Positions 11,663 to 23,877 of a stretch of DNA of 64,000 bases are shown piece after piece. The DNA lies in assembly GCF_006345805.1 (NCBI RefSeq), contig NC_042997.1:40610001-40674000 (forward strand), in the 5' to 3' direction. Position 1 is the stretch's first letter. Every line of letters begins with the position of its first letter. Below the pieces are notes generated by a model that was not told the DNA's origin, did no database searches, and worked only from the letters and a program-made list of their open reading frames with translations. The stretch is from Octopus sinensis. Lineage: Eukaryota. The position numbers were made by a program, and so were the translations under genes.

Positions 11663-12410
11663 GAGTGAAAAGCAATGCAGCTATCGATACATTTCCCCCA
11701 ATCTTAATCGATTAGTTCACGAGGAATCCATTTACCAAAATTAGAGACCATTCTGATTTTTCTAAAATTGCCATGGACAGGAGTTGACAGACGCCAAACT
11801 TCAACAGTTGTGTTGCCATTGCTCTTGTGTACTGCAATCATCAATTCATCACGAAAGAAAACATTTCTTTACAAAACATTTTTGAAGCTGAAATCCAATT
11901 CACGAAATTTTTGGTATCTTTGGCACTTTCGCATATTCAAAATACTCTCACCACACAGTTTCTATATATTTTTTCACAGCAACATTAACACAATTTCCCT
12001 TTTTGAAATAATGAAATAGGTCTTGTAAGTCGTTTGGTATATTCCATAGCCGTGATAGGTTGCTCATATAATTACTAATTCAAGCCATCTGGTACTATGT
12101 CTATCATTAAAACTATGTATTTTCTGCAAACAGGTGCTAATGTAATGTTGAAAGCTTTGGCTTATATGAAGTGATACAAAACTGAAAAATATAATTTAGG
12201 ATATTATAATACTAAAATGCGTGTAAGCACACGTACGCGCACACACACATATCTCTTGTGATATCTGTGGCAGAATGAGTTTAGAAAATAATGCATACCA
12301 CGTCATGCGTTTTATAGTTTAGAGAGTAGAAAAGGAAATAGTGGGGTCAGGGTGATATGTGTAGAAAACTTAGCAAGATGCCTCAATTTAAGTACCACCC
12401 AATTCAACGG

Positions 12411-12478
<68 letters not shown>

Positions 12479-12533
12479 TGAAAACTAATTTCTGTGTGTC
12501 AGTGCGTCACACTTTGACCCCGCGCTCTCTCAC

Positions 12534-12827
12534 TATTCAATAACACTTCCTCATGCGGGGTGAGAGTCATAGTAGGCATAGCGACGGTGAGGGCGGTGGC
12601 GAAGACAGATAGAGAGAGAAAGAAAGAAAAGGGAGGGAGAGAAAGAGAGAGAGAGACAAAGAAATTTAGGGAGAGTAGATGATGTTTTATTAATATTAGT
12701 AGTGCTGATGGTGGCAATTGAAATAATAATAATAATAATAATAAAAGAGAGAGAATAGGTATGTGAGAAAAAAAGGGAGATGATATACAACTATCCTGGA
12801 CAGAAATTCCGGTGGCCAGCATACTGA
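12534..12827 (-). other. Candidate first exon of a minus-strand transcript (MPTMTLTPHEEVLLN)
   Basis: Minus strand: TCAGT at 12827-12823, pyrimidine-rich leader, gtcgctATG at 12579, and donor ATA|gtgaga after 12534. No downstream exon found. Confidence 0.2.
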
Positions 12828-13744
12828 ACCAACTGCTGAACACGATCGTTTTTGTTTTACTCTTTTGCTTTCTTTAATACATACATACACATATATGTAT
12901 TTGTGTGTGTGTGCGTGTGTATGTGTGTACACATACACAAACACACACACAAACACACACTCACACACTTATATACATAAAATACACTTTAATGAAATAC
13001 AGTTTTCCCACAATTAAACATATCTAATATAACAATTGTGAATGTCAGTTTGTCAATGTATCAAACTTTTCCAACTTTATCCCAAGAGGTCGTAGCTCAA
13101 CATATCATACCGTTGTGGAATCAGGCTGACTCCGTGAGTAAATTTAAAACATTCCGGGTTCGAATCCAGAACTGCAATCCTGAAATTTCGGATTCCTATG
13201 TTTTCCTTACTGCAATTATTTTCGGCGATTTCTTTTAACCATGAATATGTTCATCATTGGGATATGGCTCTGGAGAAGCCATTGCAACAAATTCTCCAAA
13301 ACAAGTCAGAGATCTATTTGTAGATCTCTCCATTCCGGGTCAGTTACTTAAAAGCTACATACTAGCTTAAAAACTGCCCTTGCCCGGCTTTTAAGCTAGT
13401 ATATATATATATATATATATATACAGAGTAGATGAAACCATAGCGACTGAAGAAGGGGTTCGTTCTTTGTGTTAATTGCCCTGTACTCCATTTTTTTGTT
13501 GTTTTAAAAAAAATGTCAGTTCCTTTGGTTTGTGTCTATGTTTTCGTTTCTCTTTGTGTTCGACGACCCTTTGGTGTCCTGTACTCATATATGCGTGTAT
13601 ATGTACATGTAGAGGTAGGTACGCACATATATGTTTATATATATGCATATGTTTTATTTCATTATTAATATAATATATACATACATACATACATAATACA
13701 TACATACATACATCCATTATATAATATAATATATATATATATAT

Positions 13745-14252
13745 ATTATATAAAAGGGCTTAGTAAAATAAAATACTTTGCCGCATACTGAACTCATTAG
13801 AAATAGCAGCTAAAAAACTTTTTTAAGGCTATTTTAATACTTAAAGAAAATCTCTCTCATATATAGTGTTTGCATAATTTAACTCAAAAAGTTTGGGGGT
13901 AATGACATCGAAAAATCAAATGCTAAGGTTATTCGAGAACGTACGTTTCAAGATTAGTCAAAACAAAGATTAGTCTATCATCGGCTCGGAAATTCCAAGG
14001 AATTCCGAGCCGATGATAGAAATGTTGTTTTGACTAATCTTGAAACGTACGTTCTCGAATAACCTTAGCATTTGATTTTTCGATGTCATTATCCCCAAAC
14101 TTTTGTGAGTTAAATTATGCAAACACTATATATGAGAGAGATTTTCTTTAAGTATTAGAAATAGCCTTAAAAAAGTTTTTTAGCTGCTATTTCTAATGAG
14201 TTCAGTATGCGGCAAAGTAATTTATTTTATTTTACTAAGCCTTTTATATAAT
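13745..14252. repeat. Fold-back palindrome, ~250-bp arms with ~2-nt spacer
   Basis: attatataaaagggcttagtaaaataaaata... mirrors ...ttattttattttactaagccttttatataat; centre ttcc-aa-ggaa at 13997-13998. Confidence 0.95.
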
Positions 14253-14343
14253 GTAATAATTGAATTCGCCTTGAATGGTCCCTTTGCATACTGAACACTT
14301 GGTGAAATGATTAATAATTAATTAATTTTGCCCTCAATTGTTG

Positions 14344-14380
<37 letters not shown>

Positions 14381-14989
14381 GAATGTAAAATTATAGGAAA
14401 GTAAAAATAAAAGATGTAAATAAATAAATTATATGTGTGTGTGTGTATCTGCAGGGAAATTTTGCAGCTAAAATTTGCCCTGTTTACAATTATGCCATAT
14501 GTTACATATTTATTATATTATACCTTGATACCGTGTGGACTCCCCATTGACAGGCAGCTAGTATTTATGATTTATAGTGTTAAACACTTTCGGAATGCAA
14601 ATTAAGAACTCTTTCGTAGAGTAACTGCTGCATTTGTTGAGTATATAAACAGTTTGGCTGCTTATTTCTCTGGAGACTGTCAGAATGATTTAGACGCCTC
14701 TGATGTGAACCCAATAGTGTTCGAAAATCGATTGAGGTTGTTCATTTTTCAGTCTGCGGAGCAGTAGCTAAAATTTTCCCCGTTCATTTTCCCTGTGACT
14801 GAAAAACGTAGAAGTATAAAGTGGAAAACAATAGTTAAGGAAATGTAAATTGAAAATAGATTTACTATTGGGAGCAAAGATCTAACGCTTCGGGTACTGC
14901 ACATTCATTAATAGATTAATAGATGCAAGAGTAAGAAAAAATACAATGTCGAATTGAAGACGTCTGTTTATATGAAGGTATTAATACAT

Positions 14990-15222
14990 TAAGGCGGCGA
15001 GCTGGCAGAAACGTTAGCACGCCGGGCGAAATGCTTTGTGGTATTTCGTCCGCCGCTGCATTCTGAGTTCAAATTCTGCCGAGGTCGACTTTGCCTTTCA
15101 TCCTTTCGGGGTCGATTAAATAAGTACCAGTTACGCACTGGGGTCGATATAATCGACTTAATCCGTTTGTCTGTCCTTGTTTGTCCTCTCTGTGTTTAGC
15201 CCCTTGTGGGTAGTAAAGAAAT
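14990..15222 (+). mobile_element. tRNA-derived SINE family A, full length, with Tx1-like tail
   Basis: Head ggcggcgagctggcagaaacgttagc, body gaggtcgactttgcctttcatcctttcggggtcga; 14-bp TSD aggtattaatacat at 14976-14989 and 15223-15236. Confidence 0.9.
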
Positions 15223-15430
15223 AGGTATTAATACATGTGTGTATACAGATGTGTGCATATATATGTGTGTGCTTGTGTGTCTGTGATATTCTTGAGCAAA
15301 CAATCGAAAAGACCGCTCTTCACATAAGAACTCAATATATAATTCTGTAATAACATGGAGTCAATCGGCTTGATGCAAGTTTCTAATCTCACACACATAT
15401 ATAAACACATATAATGTATATCCTAGCACT

Positions 15431-15533
<103 letters not shown>

Positions 15534-15567
15534 GTGTAGGTGTGGGTGTGGGTGTGTATGCATTAGT

Positions 15568-15855
15568 GAGTTCGATTCCAGGACCGAGCTGTGTGTTGTG
15601 TTCTTGAGCAAGACACTTTATTTCACGTTGCTCCAGTTCACTCAGCTGTAGAAATGAGCCGCGACGTCACAGGTACAAAGCTGTATCGACCTTTGCCTTT
15701 CCTTTGGATAACATCGGTGGCGTGGAGAGGGGAGGCCGGTATGCATGGGCGACTGCTGGTCTTCCATAAACAACCTTGCCCAGATTTTACCCTTGGAGGG
15801 TAACTTTCTAAGTACAATCCCATGGTCATTCATAACGAAGTGTAGGGCGGTCTAA
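15568..15855 (+). mobile_element. SINE family D (CORE-like body), 5'-truncated
   Basis: Matches 46020-46354. Confidence 0.8.
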
Positions 15856-15867
15856 TATGTATGTATG

Positions 15868-15917
<50 letters not shown>

Positions 15918-16029
15918 AATGCATGCATGTATATATACAGACACTCATACACATGGTTGATCTATGCAGGGAGAGAAAGAGAGTAACAATGAGGGATACA
16001 CGTTTATGCATATATCTATTTAAGTGCCA

Positions 16030-16066
<37 letters not shown>

Positions 16067-17078
16067 ATGTGTGTGTGTGTGTGTGTGCTTGTGTGTAAGT
16101 GAGTGTAAGATTCCCACTTGCTAATTGCTGTCATACAAAATATCCAAAGAACTCGATGTTGATCACAGTATTTCATAAATTAATTATTAAACATAACCAT
16201 TCGTGTGATAATGTTGAAAACCTATAGAATTTACTTCATCAGTAGTTCAAAGAATTCAGTTCCATGTTATTAGGACACCCGATATATATATATCTGTTAT
16301 ATTCCTGTGAAATGATAATTTATATGATATTATCTGATACCTAAATGAATTGTCGTCTATAGCGAAGAGATCTAAAGCCATTACCTCAGTCCACCTGAGC
16401 AAATATACCTATTATGTGTGGACAGCACTCAAGATTGTAATTAGAAGCGGTACTATATAATTAATCTATGTTTGGGGAATTATGCCAGTAGCTATGAGGG
16501 GCACCCCGGTGTACTCTCCATGTATGATTCTGAAATATCTGGGATCACTCGCATTTTCATTCATGTTCATGCTATATAATCATCCCATCTGTAATTATTA
16601 AGCATTGTATGCTAAATGTCATAATAATTATATATCTTGTGAACACAGAAACCAATGTATATATCAAAACAAATTTTCTCTAGTAATGATATTCCTAACA
16701 TAAATAATGCTTGCTTTTTTTATTATATTTTCGCTAAGTTGAAACATATAAGCTGGTGTGTAAACTTCAAGAGAAAAATAAATGTTCGGTAATGGCTTCT
16801 ACTTTTCAACAATGAACTTAATATGTTGTTTACATGCAATTCTCATCTTATTCTTGAAATATAATTTGTTTTCCAAATCTACAAGTTCGATATTGCTGAT
16901 ATAACTACTTTCTTCTGTGTTTTCTACTCAATCACATCACAAGTGAATGTTTGCTTCACTTAACGAAATATCAAAAATATTTCTTTCTTAAAAATAAAGA
17001 AAATGGAAGACAATTTGTAAAAAATAATATTGAGAAATTGAGTTTTAACCACATGAAAGCCTTATAAATACAATACTA

Positions 17079-17396
17079 AAGACTCCGCCGGTTACGACGA
17101 CGAGGGTCCCAGCTGATACGATCAACGGAACAGCTTGCTCGTGAAATTAACGTGCAAATGGCTGAGCATTCCACAGACACGTGTACCCTTAACGTAGTTC
17201 TCGGGATAATCAGCGTGACACAGAGATGACAAGCTGACCCTTTGAAATACAAGTACAATCATTTTTGCCAGCTGAGTGGACTGGAGCACGTGAAATAAAG
17301 TGTCTTGCTCAAGGACACAACGCGTCGCCGGGAATCGAACTCACAACCTTACGATCATGAGCCGAATGCCCTAACCACTAAGCCACGCGCCCTCAC
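17079..17396 (-). mobile_element. Same SINE family as 4090-4417
   Basis: 13-bp TSD aaatacaatacta at 17066-17078 and 17397-17409. Confidence 0.88.
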
Positions 17397-18348
17397 AAAT
17401 ACAATACTAGTAAACAAAACTTATAGCCTTTTAAGGGAAGTAAACAGCTGGACAGTGGGATCATTTGTTATCCGTTTAAAGGGGAAAAAATTTGACAAGT
17501 CAGTCAGTCGCCCGCTGACACTCGTTGACGCTACATCGAAGAGGCCAGGGAACAGAAGAAAGAAGGCATGCACCCAACACCAGAGCTGAAGACACCCCCT
17601 TTCGGGGGTGCCCCGTCACGTCAAAACGGTAGAGGAGTAGGGGCCGAAACCGGACGTGGTTCCTCCTGAAGATATCTTGAGCTAACTGGATCCCATAAAG
17701 GAGCTGTTGTGGTAGCAGACCACGAAACACGGTTGTAATTCCTCCTTCACCGTTTCTTTCACTCTTACTTCAATCCGATGGCAATAGTGGTATTGCCATA
17801 TTTGTAAGAATATTTAATGAACTAGTGCAATATAAAGCAATAGCTCATCCTTGTGCATAGCTACAACTGCACAGGAGAAAAATCCTTGGAGAAGCAGCAC
17901 ATTAGTATTTGCAGTACTAAAATAATGCATAGTTTCATGCTGGTGCAGTTGACTGCATAGAATTATGTTCACATTAGCACAACTGTAATGATAGCAGCTA
18001 ACTGTTACAATTACATCACTTGCATGGCATAGAAATAAATTAATCTCCCTATAGATGTTAAGTGGTCACTTGGAGTCATAAAGCCATCATCCATATACAA
18101 CTTCATTGACATGGGTTCGCTTTAGACTAAATATGATTAGTTTGTGATTATGAAAATCCCATTAATGCAACATACAGATAATTGTAACAACACAATATTG
18201 GCATAATAAATATAAAACAATGTAAATCATATACAAATACCATAATAAGAATATAAACCATCAATTTATTAATATCTGAATGAAGAAATTATCTCAATAG
18301 AGCGACAATAAAAATTCTGCCTGTTTATCAATCTATCTATCTATCTCA

Positions 18349-18406
<58 letters not shown>

Positions 18407-18417
18407 ATATCTATCTA

Positions 18418-18448
<31 letters not shown>

Positions 18449-18507
18449 ATCTATCTATTTATCTACCTGTCTATCTATCTATATATCTATCTGTCTGTCT
18501 GACTGTT

Positions 18508-18548
<41 letters not shown>

Positions 18549-18604
18549 GTCTGTTTGTCTGTCTGTCTGTCTGTTTGTCTGTCTATCTATCTATCTATCT
18601 ATCT

Positions 18605-18641
<37 letters not shown>

Positions 18642-18644
18642 GCG

Positions 18645-19735
18645 TTGCTCTCAAGCAACTCTGCCGTCCTGGGTCGACCTTAAGTGACTTCAACACAACC
18701 AAAGCATTCTATAGGGGTTTAGTGGAGGGGAGGTACGACGACGAGCTCGGGGCGAACCTGGACGTCGACGAGGAGTACCTGACCCGCCTGTTCAGGACGA
18801 CTTTCGGGCCAGGGCCCATGGACAACTTCCAGAGATCCCTGGCCTGGCAGTGCTACCGAGAAGCGCTACTCGTTCAGGATAAGCTCTACAGACACGGCTC
18901 GAGAAACACGGGGCCGACCTGCCCGAGATGCGGTCAGAGCGACGAAACCGTTCTGCACGCACTCGTTCAGTGTCCAACAATTTCCGACCTGTGGGCTTAT
19001 GTCGAACAACTGCTGTCACGTGTGGGACGAGTCGGTTTATCAGCTGAGTCTATCGTCAATATTGTCACGCCTCCTTCCTTCAAACGGGAAGGAAGAGCTA
19101 TTTTCATCATCCTTGTGGCTATGGCGAAAGAATGTATCTGGTGGACGCGTCTGAAAGGATTGGAGACAAACACTTTCCTCTCTGGTCAATCTCTCATCAA
19201 CTTCTTCAAGTACCACTTGAAAAGGAAAGTGAGAGTAAGAGGCAAGTTTTGTCTAGCGAATGTTTTAAAAAAAGATGGGTGAATGTAGCAAGAATGGCAC
19301 GTATGAATGACGAAGCCACCTTGAGCATAGTCCTATGAACCCAGAAATCGAAAACAGAGAGTTGCTTATTTGCAAAAAAAAAAAAAAAAAGAAATATAAA
19401 ATGTGACTTCATTGACCGAGGTTACCGTGGTCTTTTCCGTAGGCTTTTCTTTCCACGGGTAAACCTCACCTGTCCTCCCCTTTACACTTCATATTGACAT
19501 TTCTGTGATAACGATCCCTATTGATCAATTTTTTTTTCCTCTCCCCCTTTTTTTTAACCCCTCCTTTTTTGTCCTCTTTCTCTCCTTTTTTGTCCTCTTT
19601 CTCTCCTTTTACGATCCCTTTTGATCGAAACTCCCCCCTTCCTTTTTTTTTCTTTTTTTTTTAACCCTTCAAAAGAAAATCTCTACCTTGTAATTTGTTC
19701 TATCTGTGTGCAGCCCTGTGTGGCTAATAAAGAAA
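18645..19735 (+). mobile_element. 5'-truncated Tx1/L1-clade LINE: ORF2 C-terminal zf-RVT region and 3' UTR
   Basis: ORF 18575-19282 contains LAWQCYREALLVQDKLYRHG...CPRCGQSDETVLHALVQCPTISDLW (zf-RVT-like CCHC). The T-rich 3' UTR ends gctaataaagaaa at 19735. Confidence 0.85.
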
Positions 19736-19743
19736 CATATCTA

Positions 19744-19795
<52 letters not shown>

Positions 19796-20214
19796 TTTAT
19801 CTACGTGTCTGTCTATCTATCTATCTTCTATCTATCTATCTATCGATCTGTTTATCATCTGTCTGTCTGTTTCTCTATCTGTCTATCTATCCATATGAAA
19901 GATACGATTGTTACATAATATATAAGAAATGAGATCACTCAAGGCTAAATATAAAGTAACTAATTTGTGACGGCCACATTGTTGCTATTTATAATAAGTA
20001 CATAAAACTATCAATGGGTCATCAATGACATCATCGATAGCTATGCAACAATAAAATGCAAGCACTGAATACTTACAATATCTACGACTCGATATAGTCA
20101 AAATATCATGTGCAACGTATCATCCAAATAAAATCAATTATAATAGCTATAACACTACCAACTCAATTTAATCGCAACAATTTCATCTCAGTAACTCTCT
20201 CTCTATCTCTTTAC

Positions 20215-20436
20215 TCTTTACTCTTTTACTTGTTTCAGTCATTTGACTGCGGCCATGCTGGAGCACCGCCTTTAGTCGAGCAAATCTACCCCGGGACTTA
20301 TTCTTTGTAAGACCAGTACTTATTCTATCGGTCTCTCTTTTGCCGAACCGCTAAGTGACGGGGACATAAACACACCAGCATCGGTTGTCAAGCAATGCTA
20401 GGAGGACAAACACAGACACACAATCACACACACACA

Positions 20437-20480
<44 letters not shown>

Positions 20481-20646
20481 TACGACAGGCTTCTTTCAGT
20501 TTCCGTCTACCAAATCCACTCACAAGGCATTGGTTGGCCCGAGGCTATAGCAGAAGACACTTGCCCAAGATGCCACGCAGTGGGATTGAACCCGGAACCA
20601 TGTGGTTGATTAGCAAGCTACTTACCACACAGCCACTCCTGCGCCT
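20215..20646 (-). mobile_element. SINE family E, full length
   Basis: Reverse complement of 35152-35570, including the internal (TA)n(TG)n tract. Confidence 0.9.
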
Positions 20647-21029
20647 ATACACTCTATGTATTACTGCAAAAATGCTTGTGATGAACGTAACCATTACCAT
20701 CATACTGATACCTCATTATAACCACCAAATCGATTGTTATATCATTTATCTTCACCATCTACTCTGTGTAGTTACACATTTCAGAATATGCAGTCGAATA
20801 TAATTTATACAGAATAGCCACGAAAAAAGCTAAATTGTTTTATGGTCGTTTGTTTAAACGCTTGCAGGATCCACATATTTGAGTGCAGATGAAATTGTTT
20901 AATGCAGGTGAGTAGAAACGTATATCAGGAGATGTGAGTGAGTATGGTTGTACCTGTTAGGATGGGCGTCGGTTTGTTCTGTCATCCGGATGCTGTCTGC
21001 AATATGCGGACAGGTAAAGCACTTACGTA

Positions 21030-21077
<48 letters not shown>

Positions 21078-21214
21078 GAGGAAGAGAGAGAGGGGGAGAC
21101 AGACAAACAAACACACACAGACGGGCAGAAAGACAGACAGACAGACAGACAGAAAGACACAAGGAGACAAATAAATAAATATACATGCATGCGTATATAT
21201 ATTATATATGCAAG

Positions 21215-21242
21215 TGTAGCAGTAGCAGTAGTAGCAGAAGCG

Positions 21243-21276
<34 letters not shown>

Positions 21277-21280
21277 TAGC

Positions 21281-21319
<39 letters not shown>

Positions 21320-21326
21320 GGTGGTG

Positions 21327-21366
<40 letters not shown>

Positions 21367-21385
21367 CAGCAGCAGCAACAACAAC
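21215..21385. repeat. Compound trinucleotide array (AGC)/(AGT)/(GGT)/(AAC)
   Basis: Direct reading; a similar array lies in opposite orientation at 33245-33480. Confidence 0.95.
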
Positions 21386-21429
21386 TACAGTCAAAAGCAG
21401 GTGCATCAGATGTAAGCAGTCTTCTAACG

Positions 21430-21960
21430 TAAGGCGTATTTATACTTTGTAACGCGTCAGTATCTGCCAGAACTGTCTATTTTTCACTCTTAAGAGTAGC
21501 TCCAGCCTTTGAGACACAAGGCTGTTTAAATGAGAAATACACCGCGTTGTTGAGATGTTTGTGTACCTCGTTAAGGCTTGCTGCTTTATGGAGCAAGAAC
21601 TTCTAAACTTTATAGTGTTCATGGTTATATTGGTAGGCCAGTGTTTGTATCGTACTTAGCATTAGAGACAAGACCAGTTGTCAAGTTCTCAATGGAGAGT
21701 GTTTCATAGATGGAAGATATATAAACCTGACTGACAGGAGTGAAATAATGTAAAAATACTGTCTGTATGCAAAGGAGCTGTATTTCATCAGAATACATTT
21801 ATGAGTGGTAGATGTGAGTAACACACACTATGGTTCATGTACAGTGGAAGAATCAGAAAAAAACTGAGTCTCCAATTACTGTCAAGATAAGATATGCATA
21901 ATGAGAATGTGGGTATTGGGGAAAGCCTCTGATTGACAGACCCCTACGAAATTCAGAAGC
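21430..21960 (+). pseudogene. Highly decayed RTE-clade LINE RT C-terminal fragment
   Basis: Broken motifs such as LLYGARTS (cf. LLYGCETW) and VHVQWKNQ (cf. GHV.RM); many stops. Confidence 0.35.
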
Positions 21961-22979
21961 CCAGACAGATATGATTTAAGAATTATGTTAATATATAAAA
22001 AAAAACAATAATTACATTTCCATAATTTCTGAAGATCAATATATAATATAAACCACAAATAATAGTATCTAAGATAGGAAGAAATTCAAAGTGATATGGA
22101 GCAAAATATTTTTGTTGCGATAATTGCTATCTATTTCGCGTACATACTAACAACCGGTTAAATAGCTATCGCTTCAGTACTTCTTAGATTTGAAATTCAA
22201 TCCACCCCAATAAAATGAACCATCATCTTTCAGGTTGGATTAAATTCGTAAAAATAATTTACTGAAAACAATTCAATCGCCTATTGTTTCTTCACTTGCG
22301 TAAAATCAATATTTTTCATTAAATTACTTCAATCATATCGGAACTTGGCTCCGATAGGCAAATTTTGAGAGAGTCAATATTGTTTGAGAAAGAAGAGATA
22401 TGCTCAGAGTGGAAACAATTGACACAGAAATGGTTGCAGGTGATTCGCTTTGTTTTGAGAACTAATTGGATAATGTTTGGGAATATAAAAACCAAGTTTG
22501 AAACAAATTACTATAATTAATAAAAACTGACTCTCCTTGGGGTTAGTTCCAGCAAGATATTTTTTTTCTTCAAACTCAAATGAATTCCTATAAAATCTTA
22601 GTGATTGCCAACATTGAGCTTTAGTTCTCTTGAAACACAGTTGTTTATTTTATCACTATACACCATTTGAGAATAATCTTGGAAGCTTTATCCAGATAAG
22701 AATGTGATGAAAAATTTTGAATAATATAAGAAGAATCCTTCACAGAAGAGAAAAGTAAGCGGTCAACTCTGGTGGAATATAAACATAGTTTGCAAAATAA
22801 AACTCTAAGCAGCATTGTCATCAATTCACAAGTTATCCAAAGATGAACGGTTGACATATGCTACCGTTATCTATGGAATCGTATAATGCCGACCCGTTCT
22901 ATGTAACATTTCAAAACTGCTGAAGAAGTGATAAGTGTGTGTCAAAAGATATCATACATATCACTCAGTGAACACTAAA

Positions 22980-23020
<41 letters not shown>

Positions 23021-23786
23021 AATTTCTCACAGAGTTATTTTCTGCAGCTCTCTCTCTCTCTCTTTCTCTCTTCTCTCTCACTTAAATAGAGATGTATGCA
23101 AGGCCTATATCCGTTTGTATATATGTGTCGTATAAAGGTCTGTGACAATATATGTGTGCACACGTCTAAAGTCACATATATCTGCAGGTGGAAACAACGG
23201 TTATAAGGATTAAACTCAATTTATTTTGTCACTAATTTAGTAAGTTAAATTTATTAAAGACTCTATATTAGACTGGAAACCATATCATTGTGGACTTTCT
23301 TATCAGCTCTTATAAACGTCTAAATGAAACAAAGTAGATAGCTAGAATTAAATTCCATTATTCAATAAACTTCTTAGACAAAGTGATATCCGTAAACTGC
23401 GTATTTAAGTGTCCTTTTGAAAAGACTTAGTTCCTATTATTCGAAGAAAATGTGCGAAGAAGCAACGTTAAGAAAGAGACAGTTGGTCATCTGTAGTATT
23501 GTCAGACGCAGTTTAAACTCCCACGAGGATATTTCTACATATACGGAAACATTTTGTTAAAATTACTTAAGATTCCTAAATCGATTATTACACATTAACT
23601 GGTTTCTGCGTCGATAGAAATTTATATGACAATGTATATGATCTTACAAACAGCAAGAAAGCCAATACTCAATACACACTGATGCAGAATCTCACAGAAG
23701 CTCATAACACACACACAAACACATACACACACACACCATACACACACACACACACATGTCATGTGGTATGTATACGTGCGCATATG

Positions 23787-23877
<91 letters not shown>

